Source of the DNA: Bacteroidota bacterium
Lineage (GTDB): Bacteria > Bacteroidota > Bacteroidia > Flavobacteriales > Flavobacteriaceae
NCBI GenBank assembly: GCA_003650305.1
Contig: QMOV01000004.1
Coordinates: forward strand, 1,194-65,193
Reading direction: 5' to 3'
Length of the DNA: 64,000 nt
In this document: positions 47,854-57,818 of the stretch, piece by piece
Position numbering within the stretch: the stretch's first letter is position 1
Layout of the letters: each line of letters starts with the position of its first letter
The notes under the pieces: generated by a model
What the model saw: only the letters and a program-made list of their open reading frames with translations
The model's database searches: none
What the model was told of the DNA's origin: nothing
Translations under genes and position numbers: made by a program

Positions 47854-48939
47854 ATGCAAACGCACATAAAATACCTTTTATTATCTTTTTTATTTTTATT
47901 AACAAGTAGCGCTTTTGCTCAAAATGCAACTGAAAAATTTATTGTGGTTTTAGATGCTGGACATGGTGGAAAAGATCCAGGGAATTTAGGCAATGGTTTT
48001 AAAGAAAAAGATATTGTTTTAAGTATTGTATTAAAAATTGGTGCAGCGCTTGAAAAACATAAAGACATAGAAGTTATATATACACGTAAAAAAGATGTGT
48101 TTGTAAATCTATTTGTTAGAGGTAAAATAGCAAATAAGGCTGATGCCGATTTGTTTGTTTCAGTACACTGCAACTCATTTTATACTCAAGTTTATGGAAC
48201 CGAAACGTTTGTTTTAGGCACCAAAAGAAGTGAAACCAACTTTAATGTTGCCAAAATGGAAAATGAAGTTATCTTTTTGGAAGAGGATCACGAAAAAAAT
48301 TATGAAGGATTTGACCCAAACAATCCTGAATCTTTAATCGGTATTACTTTAATGATGGAAGATTATCTAGATCAAAGTATTTTATTGGCGAGTTATATAC
48401 AAGATAACTTCACTAATAAATTAAAACGGCGTAATCGAGGTGTAAAACAAGAAGGTTTTATAGTATTGCATCAAACATATATGCCAAGTGTTTTGGTAGA
48501 AACAGGGTTTTTATCGTATAAAAAAGAAGGCGTTTATCTCAATTCTAAAAAAGGACAAACAGACATGGCAACAGCAATAAAAGACGCTATTCTAAAATAT
48601 AAGGAGAATTTAAATTTTGAATTTACTAAAAATGTAATCTTTAATGACACAAAAGATTACGAAACTACCTTTCCAGAAATTACATTTAAAGTGCAAATTG
48701 CAGCAAGTTCAAGAAAATTAAAAACAAAGCCTTATAATTTTAAAGGGCTTAATGAAATTTCTAGAGGTAAAATTGGTAATATCTACAAATATTTTTATGG
48801 TGAAACTTCAGATTATTCAAAAATTAAAAAACAAAAAAATGAAGCACTTAAAAAAGGGTATAAGACCTGTTTTATTGTAGCATTTAGAAACGGAGAAAAA
48901 ATCAGTTTAACCCAAGCATTAAAAACTCCATCAAATTAG
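47854..48939 (+). CDS. N-acetylmuramoyl-L-alanine amidase (Amidase_3) with a C-terminal SPOR-like domain
   Basis: 361 aa with a signal peptide, VVLDAGHGGKDPG, FVSVHCNS and a C-terminal FKVQIAASSRKL repeat-type domain. Confidence 0.85.
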   Translation: MQTHIKYLLLSFLFLLTSSAFAQNATEKFIVVLDAGHGGKDPGNLGNGFKEKDIVLSIVLKIGAALEKHKDIEVIYTRKKDVFVNLFVRGKIANKADADLFVSVHCNSFYTQVYGTETFVLGTKRSETNFNVAKMENEVIFLEEDHEKNYEGFDPNNPESLIGITLMMEDYLDQSILLASYIQDNFTNKLKRRNRGVKQEGFIVLHQTYMPSVLVETGFLSYKKEGVYLNSKKGQTDMATAIKDAILKYKENLNFEFTKNVIFNDTKDYETTFPEITFKVQIAASSRKLKTKPYNFKGLNEISRGKIGNIYKYFYGETSDYSKIKKQKNEALKKGYKTCFIVAFRNGEKISLTQALKTPSN

Positions 48940-48963
48940 GTGTGTTGTTTTTAAATTAATTGT

Positions 48964-48971
48964 TAGTTTTG
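48964..48971 (+). promoter_or_regulatory. Bacteroidetes-type -7 box upstream of the MlaD-family gene
   Basis: TAGTTTTG lies 31 nt upstream of the TTG start at 49002. Confidence 0.3.
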
Positions 48972-49001
48972 TGAGTAATCTAATTATAAACATTTAAGCT
49001 T

Positions 49002-49934
49002 TTGAAAATATCTAGAGAAGTAAAGACTGCAGTATTGGTTATTTCGGGAATACTGTTGTTTATTTTTATATTTAATTATTTAAAAGGTGAAAATATTCTT
49101 GAATCATCACGAACATTTTATGCAGTTTATGATAATGTAGAAGGACTAGCAACATCAACTCCTGTAACAATTAATGGACATGTTGTTGGTAAAGTTCAAG
49201 AAATAGGTTTTACAGATGATGGTTCTGGAAAAATAAAAGTTAAACTTTTGGTAGATAGCGATTTTAAATTTTCTAAAAATAGCAAAGCCGAATTATATGA
49301 AGCTGGACTAATTGGTGGCAAAGCTATTGCTATAGTTCCTGCACTTGATAATGCTGAAGAAGCAAAAAAAGGAGACTACCTTGAAGGTAAGGTAAAGGCA
49401 GGATTGACTGCACTTGTAAACCAGCGTTTAACTCCGCTTCAGGAAAAAATAGAAACTATGATGGTAAGTGCAGATTCATTACTTACCAATATAAATAGTG
49501 TGTTTGATGTGCAAACCAAAGCAAATCTTAAAAAAAGTATTGAAGAGTTATCCTTAACTATTGAGTCGTTTAAAAATACTTCTGGATCAATAAATAAGTT
49601 AATAACAGATAATCAAGAAAAGTTGACTAACACGTTAAGCAATGTTGATAATATCTCATCTAACTTATCAAATATAACGGATTCTATCGCTAATGCTAAT
49701 CTAAGTGAAACCATAAAGAGTTTGCAATTAACAATTAATAATTTCGACAAAATTCTTTCAAGTATTGAAAGTGGTGAAGGCTCAATCGGAAAACTTTTAA
49801 AAGATGATGCTTTGTATAACAACCTTAAAGGAGCCTCAAAAGAAATGGAAGAACTATTGAGAGATATTAAGTTGCATCCAAAACGCTATTTTAGAATCTT
49901 ATCCAAAAAAGAAATTCCTTATAACGAAGAGTAA
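49002..49934 (+). CDS. MlaD/MCE family protein
   Basis: 310 aa with a TTG start, a single N-terminal TM, an MCE domain (VEGLATSTPVTINGHVVGKV) and a long helical tail. Confidence 0.7.
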   Translation: MKISREVKTAVLVISGILLFIFIFNYLKGENILESSRTFYAVYDNVEGLATSTPVTINGHVVGKVQEIGFTDDGSGKIKVKLLVDSDFKFSKNSKAELYEAGLIGGKAIAIVPALDNAEEAKKGDYLEGKVKAGLTALVNQRLTPLQEKIETMMVSADSLLTNINSVFDVQTKANLKKSIEELSLTIESFKNTSGSINKLITDNQEKLTNTLSNVDNISSNLSNITDSIANANLSETIKSLQLTINNFDKILSSIESGEGSIGKLLKDDALYNNLKGASKEMEELLRDIKLHPKRYFRILSKKEIPYNEE

Positions 49935-49952
49935 TTAAGCAACGCCTAAATA

Positions 49953-51260
49953 ATGGATTATATTCCCAACATACTCTTTGCTATCACACTTGTTATAGGT
50001 ATTGGCTACTTTGTTAAAAACATACGAAAACTCATTCGTAATATAAAGTTAGGTCAAGATGTCGATGTAAGTGATAAAAAATCACAGCGCTGGAGAAATA
50101 TGGCGTTAATTGCTTTAGGACAAAGTAAAATGGTGCGTCGTCCTGTGGCTGGAATTCTTCATATTGTTGTATATGTAGGTTTTATAATTATTAATATTGA
50201 AGTTTTAGAAATAATAATTGATGGTTTATTTGGCACACATCGTATATTTTCTGGGATAGGAAATCTATATGGAATTTTAATAGGTTCTTTTGAAATTTTA
50301 GCAGCTTTAGTTTTAGCTTCTGTTATTTTATTTTGGATTAGAAGAATGATACTGCGTATTCCTCGTTTCTGGAATGAAGAAATGACTAAATGGCCAAAAA
50401 ACGATGCTTTAAATATTCTCTACTTCGAAATGGTATTAATGTCATTGTTTTTAATAATGAATGCTACTGATGTAATATTTCAAGAAATGAATTCAGGAAA
50501 TATAATATCACAATTTGTAGCACCTTGGTTTGAAAATTTTTCCGATAGTACTATTCATTTAATTGAGCGAGGAGCTTGGTGGCTTCATATTATTGGTATT
50601 TTAATATTTTTAAATTATCTCTATTTTTCAAAACATTTGCATATTCTTTTAGCATTTCCTAATACATTTTATGCCAATTTAAAACCAAAAGGAGAACTTA
50701 ATAATTTAGAAGCTGTTACAAAAGAAGTCTTGTTAATGATGGATCCAAATGCAGATCCATTCGCAGCAACAGATGAAGGAGATCATGAAGAAGTGCCAGC
50801 AAAATTTGGAGCTAGCGATGTACAAGATTTAAACTGGGTACAATTACTCAATGTTTATACGTGTACCGAATGTGGACGTTGTACAAGCCAATGTCCAGCC
50901 AACCTTACTGGGAAAAAATTGTCACCTCGAAAAATCATGATGGATACGCGAGATCGATTAGAAGAAGTAGGAAAAAATATAGATTCCAATAATGGGGAGT
51001 TTAAAGACGACGGAAAACAGTTATTAGACGATTACATAACAAGAGAAGAGCTTTGGGCTTGTACATCTTGTAATGCGTGTGTAGAGGCTTGTCCTGTAAG
51101 TATCAATCCGTTGTCAATTATATTAGATATGCGTCGATATTTAGTAATGGAACAGTCTGCTGCTCCAACAGAGTTAAATAATATGATGACAAATATTGAA
51201 AACAACGGAGCACCATGGCCATATAATCAAATGGATAGGTTAAATTGGAAGAATGAATAA
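49953..51260 (+). CDS. membrane-anchored 4Fe-4S dicluster protein (HdrD/GlpC-type oxidoreductase, N-terminal part)
   Basis: 435 aa with several TM helices and two CxxCxxCxxxCP motifs (CTECGRCTSQCP, CTSCNACVEACP). Confidence 0.75.
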   Translation: MDYIPNILFAITLVIGIGYFVKNIRKLIRNIKLGQDVDVSDKKSQRWRNMALIALGQSKMVRRPVAGILHIVVYVGFIIINIEVLEIIIDGLFGTHRIFSGIGNLYGILIGSFEILAALVLASVILFWIRRMILRIPRFWNEEMTKWPKNDALNILYFEMVLMSLFLIMNATDVIFQEMNSGNIISQFVAPWFENFSDSTIHLIERGAWWLHIIGILIFLNYLYFSKHLHILLAFPNTFYANLKPKGELNNLEAVTKEVLLMMDPNADPFAATDEGDHEEVPAKFGASDVQDLNWVQLLNVYTCTECGRCTSQCPANLTGKKLSPRKIMMDTRDRLEEVGKNIDSNNGEFKDDGKQLLDDYITREELWACTSCNACVEACPVSINPLSIILDMRRYLVMEQSAAPTELNNMMTNIENNGAPWPYNQMDRLNWKNE

Positions 51261-51268
51261 AGTAAAAG

Positions 51269-51631
51269 ATGAAGTATGTAAAGATTCCATATTATGTAGT
51301 AGCATTAATTTTATGCTGTTTTAATTATAGCGTAGCACAAAAAAAGAGTTTTGCAAAAGATTCTTTAAGAATAAAGGTATATACCGAAATTAAATATGTT
51401 AATGGCAGGTCAAAAGAAATTACAGTTAAGAAAGTATTTTGTAATTATTGTTCTGCTATTCAAATAGAAGCTTTAAAGGAAAAAGCAAAAGAACTTGCTT
51501 TTTATGATAGATATAATCCAAAGAAAAGATTGGTAAATGGCATTAAGAAGTTTACAATGATTATAAGAGTATCAAAAAAGGATCTTAAGGAATTGGAAAA
51601 AACAAAAGATTCTTTATTAAGAGAGAACTAA
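51269..51631 (+). CDS. hypothetical small secreted protein
   Basis: 120-aa Lys-rich ORF with a signal-peptide-like N-terminus (VVALILCCFNYSVAQ). I recognise no motif. Confidence 0.5.
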   Translation: MKYVKIPYYVVALILCCFNYSVAQKKSFAKDSLRIKVYTEIKYVNGRSKEITVKKVFCNYCSAIQIEALKEKAKELAFYDRYNPKKRLVNGIKKFTMIIRVSKKDLKELEKTKDSLLREN

Positions 51632-51654
51632 CAAACAAAATTTTTAAGTAAAAT

Positions 51655-52098
51655 ATGAAAAAGGAAGACGTAGAAAAATTATTGCATGACAAAGTAGAAG
51701 CTGGATTGCATATAAGTCCTGTATTGCCAGAAGGAATAAAAAACTATCTAATAGATATAGATGGTACAGTTGGCGAAGATATTCCCAACGAAGAACCAGA
51801 GCGTATGCTAACTGCAGAGGTATATCCAGATGCATTAGCAACTTGTAATAAATGGTATGACGAAGGACATATGATTTGTTTTTTTACTTCAAGAACAGAA
51901 GCACATCGTGAGTACACCGAAATTTGGTTAAAGAAACATGGCTTTAAATACCATAGCTTACTTATGGGAAAGCCTAGAGGCGGTAATTACCATTGGATAG
52001 ATAATCATTTGGTAAAAGCAACACGCTATAGAGGTAAATTTACCGATTTGGTAACAAAAGATGTAACTATAGAAGTATTTGACGATGGTAAGCATTAA
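51655..52098 (+). CDS. small HAD-superfamily phosphatase
   Basis: 147 aa with HAD motif I IDIDGT, motif II FFTSR and a motif III region GKPRGG...D. Confidence 0.6.
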   Translation: MKKEDVEKLLHDKVEAGLHISPVLPEGIKNYLIDIDGTVGEDIPNEEPERMLTAEVYPDALATCNKWYDEGHMICFFTSRTEAHREYTEIWLKKHGFKYHSLLMGKPRGGNYHWIDNHLVKATRYRGKFTDLVTKDVTIEVFDDGKH

Positions 52099-52119
52099 TA
52101 ACTAATAGTTTTTAAAGAC

Positions 52120-52911
52120 ATGAGGGAAGCGTTAAAAGTACCAACAATGGCAGAATATATGTCACTAGGAAAGCAACCTGAAGTATTGTTTTGGGTTGGT
52201 TGTGCTGGAAGTTTTGATGATAGAGCAAAAAAAATTACTAAAGCATTTGTTAGGTTGCTTAATAAAGCAAATATAGATTTTGCAGTTTTGGGCACCGAAG
52301 AAAGCTGTACTGGAGATCCTGCAAAAAGAGCAGGGAACGAGTTTTTGTTTCAAATGCAAGCTGTAACCAATATTGAAGTTTTAAATGCTTACGAAGTTAA
52401 AAAGATTGTTACCACATGTCCTCATTGCTTTAATACTTTAAAAAATGAATATCCTTCTTTAGGTGGAAACTATGAGGTTGTGCATCATACACAATTTTTA
52501 AAGAGTTTGTTAGAAGAAGGACGTTTAACTATTGAAGGCGGAAAGTTTAAAGGAAAGCGTATTACTTTTCATGATCCTTGTTATTTAGGTCGTGCAAATA
52601 ATGTATATGAAGCACCACGTGAATTAATACAGAAATTAGAAGCAGAGTTAATCGAAATGAAAAGCTGTAAGCAAGATGGTTTATGCTGTGGAGCAGGAGG
52701 AGCACAAATGTTTAAAGATGCCGAAAAAGGTGATAAAGAAATAAATGTAGAACGTACAGAACAAGCACTAGATATAAAACCAGATATTATAGCTGCTGGT
52801 TGCCCATTTTGTAATACCATGATGACTGATGGTGTAAAAATAAAAGAAAAAGAAGATACTGTAAAAGTCATGGATATTGCAGAACTTATTGCTAATGCTC
52901 AGGATTTGTAA
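52120..52911 (+). CDS. cysteine-rich CCG-domain (Fe-S) oxidoreductase subunit
   Basis: 263 aa with two CCG-type Cys clusters (VGCAGSF ... CPHCFN ... HDPCYLGR ... CCGAGG ... CPFC). Confidence 0.75.
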   Translation: MREALKVPTMAEYMSLGKQPEVLFWVGCAGSFDDRAKKITKAFVRLLNKANIDFAVLGTEESCTGDPAKRAGNEFLFQMQAVTNIEVLNAYEVKKIVTTCPHCFNTLKNEYPSLGGNYEVVHHTQFLKSLLEEGRLTIEGGKFKGKRITFHDPCYLGRANNVYEAPRELIQKLEAELIEMKSCKQDGLCCGAGGAQMFKDAEKGDKEINVERTEQALDIKPDIIAAGCPFCNTMMTDGVKIKEKEDTVKVMDIAELIANAQDL

Positions 52912-52966
52912 AATTCATGTGGAGGTAGGAATCCAAAATCAAAAATCGTAATTCGTAAATCAAAGA

Positions 52967-53452
52967 ATGTTAGTAGATTTTAATATTTTACCAGAAACTT
53001 CAAAAGTTTGGATTTACCAAGCCAGTCGTTCGTTTACTGAAAACGAATTAAAAGAAATCACTTCTAAATTAAATACATTTATAGAGAATTGGACAGCACA
53101 TGGTAGCGATTTGCAATCTGGTTACGAGATTAAATATAAACGTTTTATTATTCTTGGTTTAAACCAAAACTTAAATGCTGCATCAGGTTGCTCTATTGAT
53201 GCATCAGTGCATTTTATTAAGCAATTAGAACAAGATTATAATGTTGATTTATTAGACAAGATGAATGTTTCCTATAAGCAAGGTGAATTTGTTGCTTTTA
53301 AAACACTTACAGATTTTAGGAAGATGGCAAAACAAAAAGCAGTTTCTAAAAACACGATAGTATTTAATAATTTAGTAACTAATATTGCTGAATATAAAGA
53401 AAACTGGGAAGTTCCTGCAAAAGACAGTTGGCACAATCGATTTTTAAAATAA
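52967..53452 (+). CDS. conserved hypothetical protein
   Basis: 161-aa soluble ORF downstream of the Fe-S genes. I recognise no catalytic motif. Confidence 0.5.
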   Translation: MLVDFNILPETSKVWIYQASRSFTENELKEITSKLNTFIENWTAHGSDLQSGYEIKYKRFIILGLNQNLNAASGCSIDASVHFIKQLEQDYNVDLLDKMNVSYKQGEFVAFKTLTDFRKMAKQKAVSKNTIVFNNLVTNIAEYKENWEVPAKDSWHNRFLK

Positions 53453-53627
53453 ATTTTTGTTATTCCAAAAAGACAGAAATCCAATTTTTAGATATTTTAT
53501 TTAAAAACGGTTAAATTCTTATTGATAAAACTATCTTAAAGTCTTTTAAGCTTCTGTTTAAAAATGTTATTTTGGCATTGTATTTAGTTATATACTTTGC
53601 ATTAAAGTATTTAATTTATTCAAATTT

Positions 53628-56546
53628 ATGCGCTATAAAATTTTACTTTTTCTAGTTTTAAGTTATTTTAATATAACAATTGGGCAAAACACAAAATCTC
53701 CACTGCTTACTCAAGATTTTGAGGCACAACAAAAATGGGTTGATAGCTTGTATCAATCAATGAGTTTAAAAGAAAAAATTGGTCAATTATTTATGGTTCA
53801 GGTTTTTTCTAATCAAGATGAGAAAACTAAAAACAACATTATAAACTTAATAAAAGAGCATCATATTGGTGGTTTAATTTACTCATTAGGTGGTCCCATG
53901 CGTCAGGCAAAGTTAAATAATGAATTGCAAGCTATTTCTAAAATACCAATGCTAGTAGGAATGGATGCAGAATGGGGATTAGGTATGCGATTAGATTCAA
54001 CCCATTCCTTTCCTTGGAATATGACATTGGGAGCAATAAAAGAGATTGCTTTAATTGAAAAAGTTGGTTATCAAATAGGCGAGCATTGTAAACGATTAGG
54101 AGTTCATTTTAATTTTGCTCCTGTTGTAGACATAAATACAAACCCAAAAAACCCAATTATTGGAAATCGTTCTTTTGGAGAAGACAGAGATAATGTTACT
54201 GAAAAAGCATTAGCTTTTATGAGAGGAATGCAAAGCGCAGGAGTGTTAGCTAATGCAAAACATTTTCCAGGACATGGAGATACTGAAGCAGATTCTCATA
54301 AAATACTTCCTACTATAAGCTTCAGCGAAAAACGTATAGATTCTGTAGAACTCTATCCTTACAAAACACTGATTAAAGAAGGCTTATCTAGTGTTATGGT
54401 AGCACATTTAAATGTGCCTAGTTTAGAATCGCGTTCAGATTATCCTTCATCACTTTCAAAAAATATAGTCACAAATATTCTAAAAGAGAGATTAAATTTT
54501 AAGGGTCTTATTTTTACGGATGCTCTTGATATGAAAGGTGTATCAAGTTATAGCGAAACTGGAGCTATAGATTTGGCTGCATTTAATGCTGGAAATGATG
54601 TCCTGTTAATGTCAGAAGATGTTGTTTTCGGTGTTTCTAAAATCACTGAAACTTATGAGAAAGGTGACATTACAGAAGAACGTTTGGCACATTCAGTAAA
54701 AAAAATATTAATGGCTAAATACAAAGTCGGTTTACATAATTACAAACCTATTGGAACTTATAATTTGGTTGAAGATTTAAATAGGATTGAAGACGATGTA
54801 TTGTATGAAGAATTAATAGAGAATGCCATTACAGTTGTTAAAAATGAAAATGATATTTTGCCATTATTGAGATTAGAAACCAAAAAAATAGCTTATGTAC
54901 AACTAGGAGATGATGATGGTTCGGTATTTTTAAATGAATTAAAAAAATACACCAAGGTACACGAGATTAAAGCATCTAATTTAGATGCTCTTATTACTAA
55001 ATTAAATAACTACAATACTGTTATTGTTGGTTTTCATAAATCGAATGCAAACCCATGGAAATCTTATAAGTTTAGCAATAAAGAATTAGTATGGTTATAT
55101 GAAATAGCTAGAACGAATACTGTTATACTAAATATTTTTTCAAAACCATACGCACTTTTAGATTTAAAAACTACTAAAAATTTTGAAGGTATTGTGCTAT
55201 CGTATCAAAATAGTAAAATAGCACAGCAAAAAACGGCACAAATAATTTTTGGAGGTATTCAAGCCAAAGGTGTTTTGCCAGTATCTATAGGAAATGAGTA
55301 TAAAGTTGGTCATGGTATTCATTATCCATCAGCAAGTAGATTGAGTTATGGTTTACCTGAACGTGTTGGGATGAATTCCGAACGATTAAAAAAAATAGAT
55401 TCAGTTGCACAATACGCAGTAGATTCGTTGATGACACCAGGAATTCAGTTAATAGTTGCACGTAAGGGTAAAGTGGTTTATAATAAGAATTTTGGCAAGC
55501 ATACATATATTGGAAAAGAAAAGGTGAAATTTAACGATATTTACGATGTCGCTTCTTTAACAAAAATATTAGCAACAATACCATTACTAATGGAATTAGA
55601 AGAGCAAGGTATTGTTTCACTAGATTCTAAATTATCGCAATTACTACCAGAATACAAAAAATCTAATAAAAAAGATGTGACTATTAAAAGGATGTTATCA
55701 CATTATGCAAAATTGAGACCTTGGATTCCTTTTTATTATAAAACATTAGATTCGGTTACAAAACAACCTAATGGTAAGTATTACAGGACAAAGCAAAGCA
55801 AAAAGTATAATATTGAAGTCACAAAAAATTTATTTTTAAGGTCAGACTATCAAGATTCTATTCAAGAAATAATTAAGGAAAGCGAAATGCTAGATAAACT
55901 AAAATACCGCTATAGTGATTTGCCTTATTATATTTTAAAGAAATTTATTGAAACACATTACGACCAACCCTTGGATAAATTGGTGCAACAGCATTTTTAT
56001 AAATCTTTAGGAGCTAATTTTACAACGTACAATCCTAATAATAAATTTAGTGATACTCAAATTGTACCTACAGAAATTGATGACTATTTTCGTTATGAAA
56101 AAATACAAGGTTATGTTCATGATATGGGAGCAGCAATGCAAAATGGAGTAGGAGGACATGCAGGCGTTTTTAGCAATGCCAACGATGTAACCAAAATAAT
56201 GCAAATGTATCTTCAAAAAGGATATTATGGAGGAAAGCGTTACTTTAAAACAGAAACAATAGATAAGTTTAATACGTGCTATTTCTGTGAAAAAGACAAT
56301 AGAAGAGGTATTGGATTTGACAAGCCACAACTTGAAGACGAAGGTCCAACATGTGGATGTATTTCAATGTCCAGTTTTGGTCATTCAGGTTTTACAGGAA
56401 CTTATGCTTGGGCAGACCCAGAAGAAGAGATAGTATATGTTTTTTTAGCAAATAGAACATATCCTAAATCTGAAAAAAATAGATTATTAAAAGAAAGTAT
56501 AAGAACTGAGATACAACGCTTAATTTACGAAGCAATAGATGAATAA
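53628..56546 (+). CDS. fusion of a GH3 beta-N-acetylhexosaminidase-like domain and a beta-lactamase-family serine hydrolase domain
   Basis: 972 aa with a signal peptide, GH3 motifs GNRSFGED and KHFPGHGDT in the N-terminal half, and the SxxK motif VASLTK in the C-terminal half. Confidence 0.8.
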   Translation: MRYKILLFLVLSYFNITIGQNTKSPLLTQDFEAQQKWVDSLYQSMSLKEKIGQLFMVQVFSNQDEKTKNNIINLIKEHHIGGLIYSLGGPMRQAKLNNELQAISKIPMLVGMDAEWGLGMRLDSTHSFPWNMTLGAIKEIALIEKVGYQIGEHCKRLGVHFNFAPVVDINTNPKNPIIGNRSFGEDRDNVTEKALAFMRGMQSAGVLANAKHFPGHGDTEADSHKILPTISFSEKRIDSVELYPYKTLIKEGLSSVMVAHLNVPSLESRSDYPSSLSKNIVTNILKERLNFKGLIFTDALDMKGVSSYSETGAIDLAAFNAGNDVLLMSEDVVFGVSKITETYEKGDITEERLAHSVKKILMAKYKVGLHNYKPIGTYNLVEDLNRIEDDVLYEELIENAITVVKNENDILPLLRLETKKIAYVQLGDDDGSVFLNELKKYTKVHEIKASNLDALITKLNNYNTVIVGFHKSNANPWKSYKFSNKELVWLYEIARTNTVILNIFSKPYALLDLKTTKNFEGIVLSYQNSKIAQQKTAQIIFGGIQAKGVLPVSIGNEYKVGHGIHYPSASRLSYGLPERVGMNSERLKKIDSVAQYAVDSLMTPGIQLIVARKGKVVYNKNFGKHTYIGKEKVKFNDIYDVASLTKILATIPLLMELEEQGIVSLDSKLSQLLPEYKKSNKKDVTIKRMLSHYAKLRPWIPFYYKTLDSVTKQPNGKYYRTKQSKKYNIEVTKNLFLRSDYQDSIQEIIKESEMLDKLKYRYSDLPYYILKKFIETHYDQPLDKLVQQHFYKSLGANFTTYNPNNKFSDTQIVPTEIDDYFRYEKIQGYVHDMGAAMQNGVGGHAGVFSNANDVTKIMQMYLQKGYYGGKRYFKTETIDKFNTCYFCEKDNRRGIGFDKPQLEDEGPTCGCISMSSFGHSGFTGTYAWADPEEEIVYVFLANRTYPKSEKNRLLKESIRTEIQRLIYEAIDE

Positions 56547-56590
56547 AGTACTTAAAGTTATAAGTTAAAAGTATTTAAAGTTGAAAATGC

Positions 56591-56627
56591 AACTTTAGGC
56601 ACTTAAAACTTTAGGCACTTAAAACTT
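56591..56627 (+). repeat. tandem repeat, 2.3 x 16 nt (AACTTTAGGCACTTAA)
   Basis: Two perfect copies plus a 5-nt partial third copy end 5 nt before the bshA ATG. Confidence 0.9.
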
Positions 56628-56632
56628 AAAAT

Positions 56633-57769
56633 ATGAAAATAGGAATTGTTTGTTATCCAACATTTGGTGGTAGTGGAGTAGTAGCAACCGAACTTGGTTT
56701 AGAACTATCTAAACGTGGACATGAAGTACACTTTATTACCTACAGCCAGCCAGTTAGACTAGAATTGTTGAGCAATAATGTACATTATCATGAAGTAAAT
56801 GTTCCAGAATATCCTTTGTTTCATTATCAGCCTTACGAACTGGCTTTATCCAGTAAATTAGTAGATATGGCAAAACTTCACGAAATTGAAGTATTACATG
56901 TACATTATGCAATACCACATGCTTACGCTGCCTATATGGCAAAAAAAATGCTGAAAGAAGAAGGTATAGATTTACCTATTGTAACAACGCTTCATGGTAC
57001 AGATATAACACTTGTTGGTAGCCATCCTTTTTATAAATCGGCAGTTACCTTCAGTATTAATAAATCGGATGCTGTAACATCTGTATCTCAAAGTTTAAAG
57101 GAGGATACCATTAGGTTATTTGATATTAAAAGAGATATAGATGTTGTTCCGAATTTTATAGATTTAAGTAAATACACACATTCGTTTACAGATTGTCAAC
57201 GCGCAATGATGGCAAATGATGATGAAAAAATAATTACTCATATTAGTAATTTTAGACCTGTAAAACGAATTGATGATGTCATCAATATATTTTACAACAT
57301 CCAAAAGGAAATTCCTTCTAAACTAATGATGGTTGGCGATGGTCCTGAAAAAGAACCAGCAGAGCAATTATGTAAAAAACTTGGTATTGAAGATAAAGTT
57401 ATATTTTTTGGAAAAAGTCATGAAATAGATAAAATTCTATGTTTTAGTGATTTATTCTTATTGCCTTCTGAAACTGAGAGTTTTGGGTTAGCTGCACTAG
57501 AAGCTATGGCTTGTGGTGTGCCTGTTATTTCGAGTAATACTGGAGGAATTCCTGAAGTTAATATACAAGGAGTTTCTGGGTTTTTAAGTAATGCTGGAGA
57601 TGTTAAGGATATGACAAAAAATGCGCTTCATATACTTAAAGATGAAGATGTATTAAAAGTTTTTAAATCCAATGCTAGAGCAGAAGCAGCACAATTTGAT
57701 ATCCACAGTATTGTACCTTATTATGAAGCTATTTATAAAAATGTATTAAATCAACTCTCTATAGTATGA
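56633..57769 (+). CDS. bshA: N-acetyl-alpha-D-glucosaminyl L-malate synthase BshA (GT4)
   Basis: 378 aa. The N-terminus MKIGIVCYPTFGGSGVVATELGLELSKRGHEVHFI and the SETESFGLAALEAMACGVPVI motif are characteristic of BshA. Confidence 0.85.
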   Translation: MKIGIVCYPTFGGSGVVATELGLELSKRGHEVHFITYSQPVRLELLSNNVHYHEVNVPEYPLFHYQPYELALSSKLVDMAKLHEIEVLHVHYAIPHAYAAYMAKKMLKEEGIDLPIVTTLHGTDITLVGSHPFYKSAVTFSINKSDAVTSVSQSLKEDTIRLFDIKRDIDVVPNFIDLSKYTHSFTDCQRAMMANDDEKIITHISNFRPVKRIDDVINIFYNIQKEIPSKLMMVGDGPEKEPAEQLCKKLGIEDKVIFFGKSHEIDKILCFSDLFLLPSETESFGLAALEAMACGVPVISSNTGGIPEVNIQGVSGFLSNAGDVKDMTKNALHILKDEDVLKVFKSNARAEAAQFDIHSIVPYYEAIYKNVLNQLSIV

Positions 57770-57818
57770 TTCGTCTCATTGCAATTTATATTTTCCTTTT
57801 TTCTTTGGTGTTTTTTAT

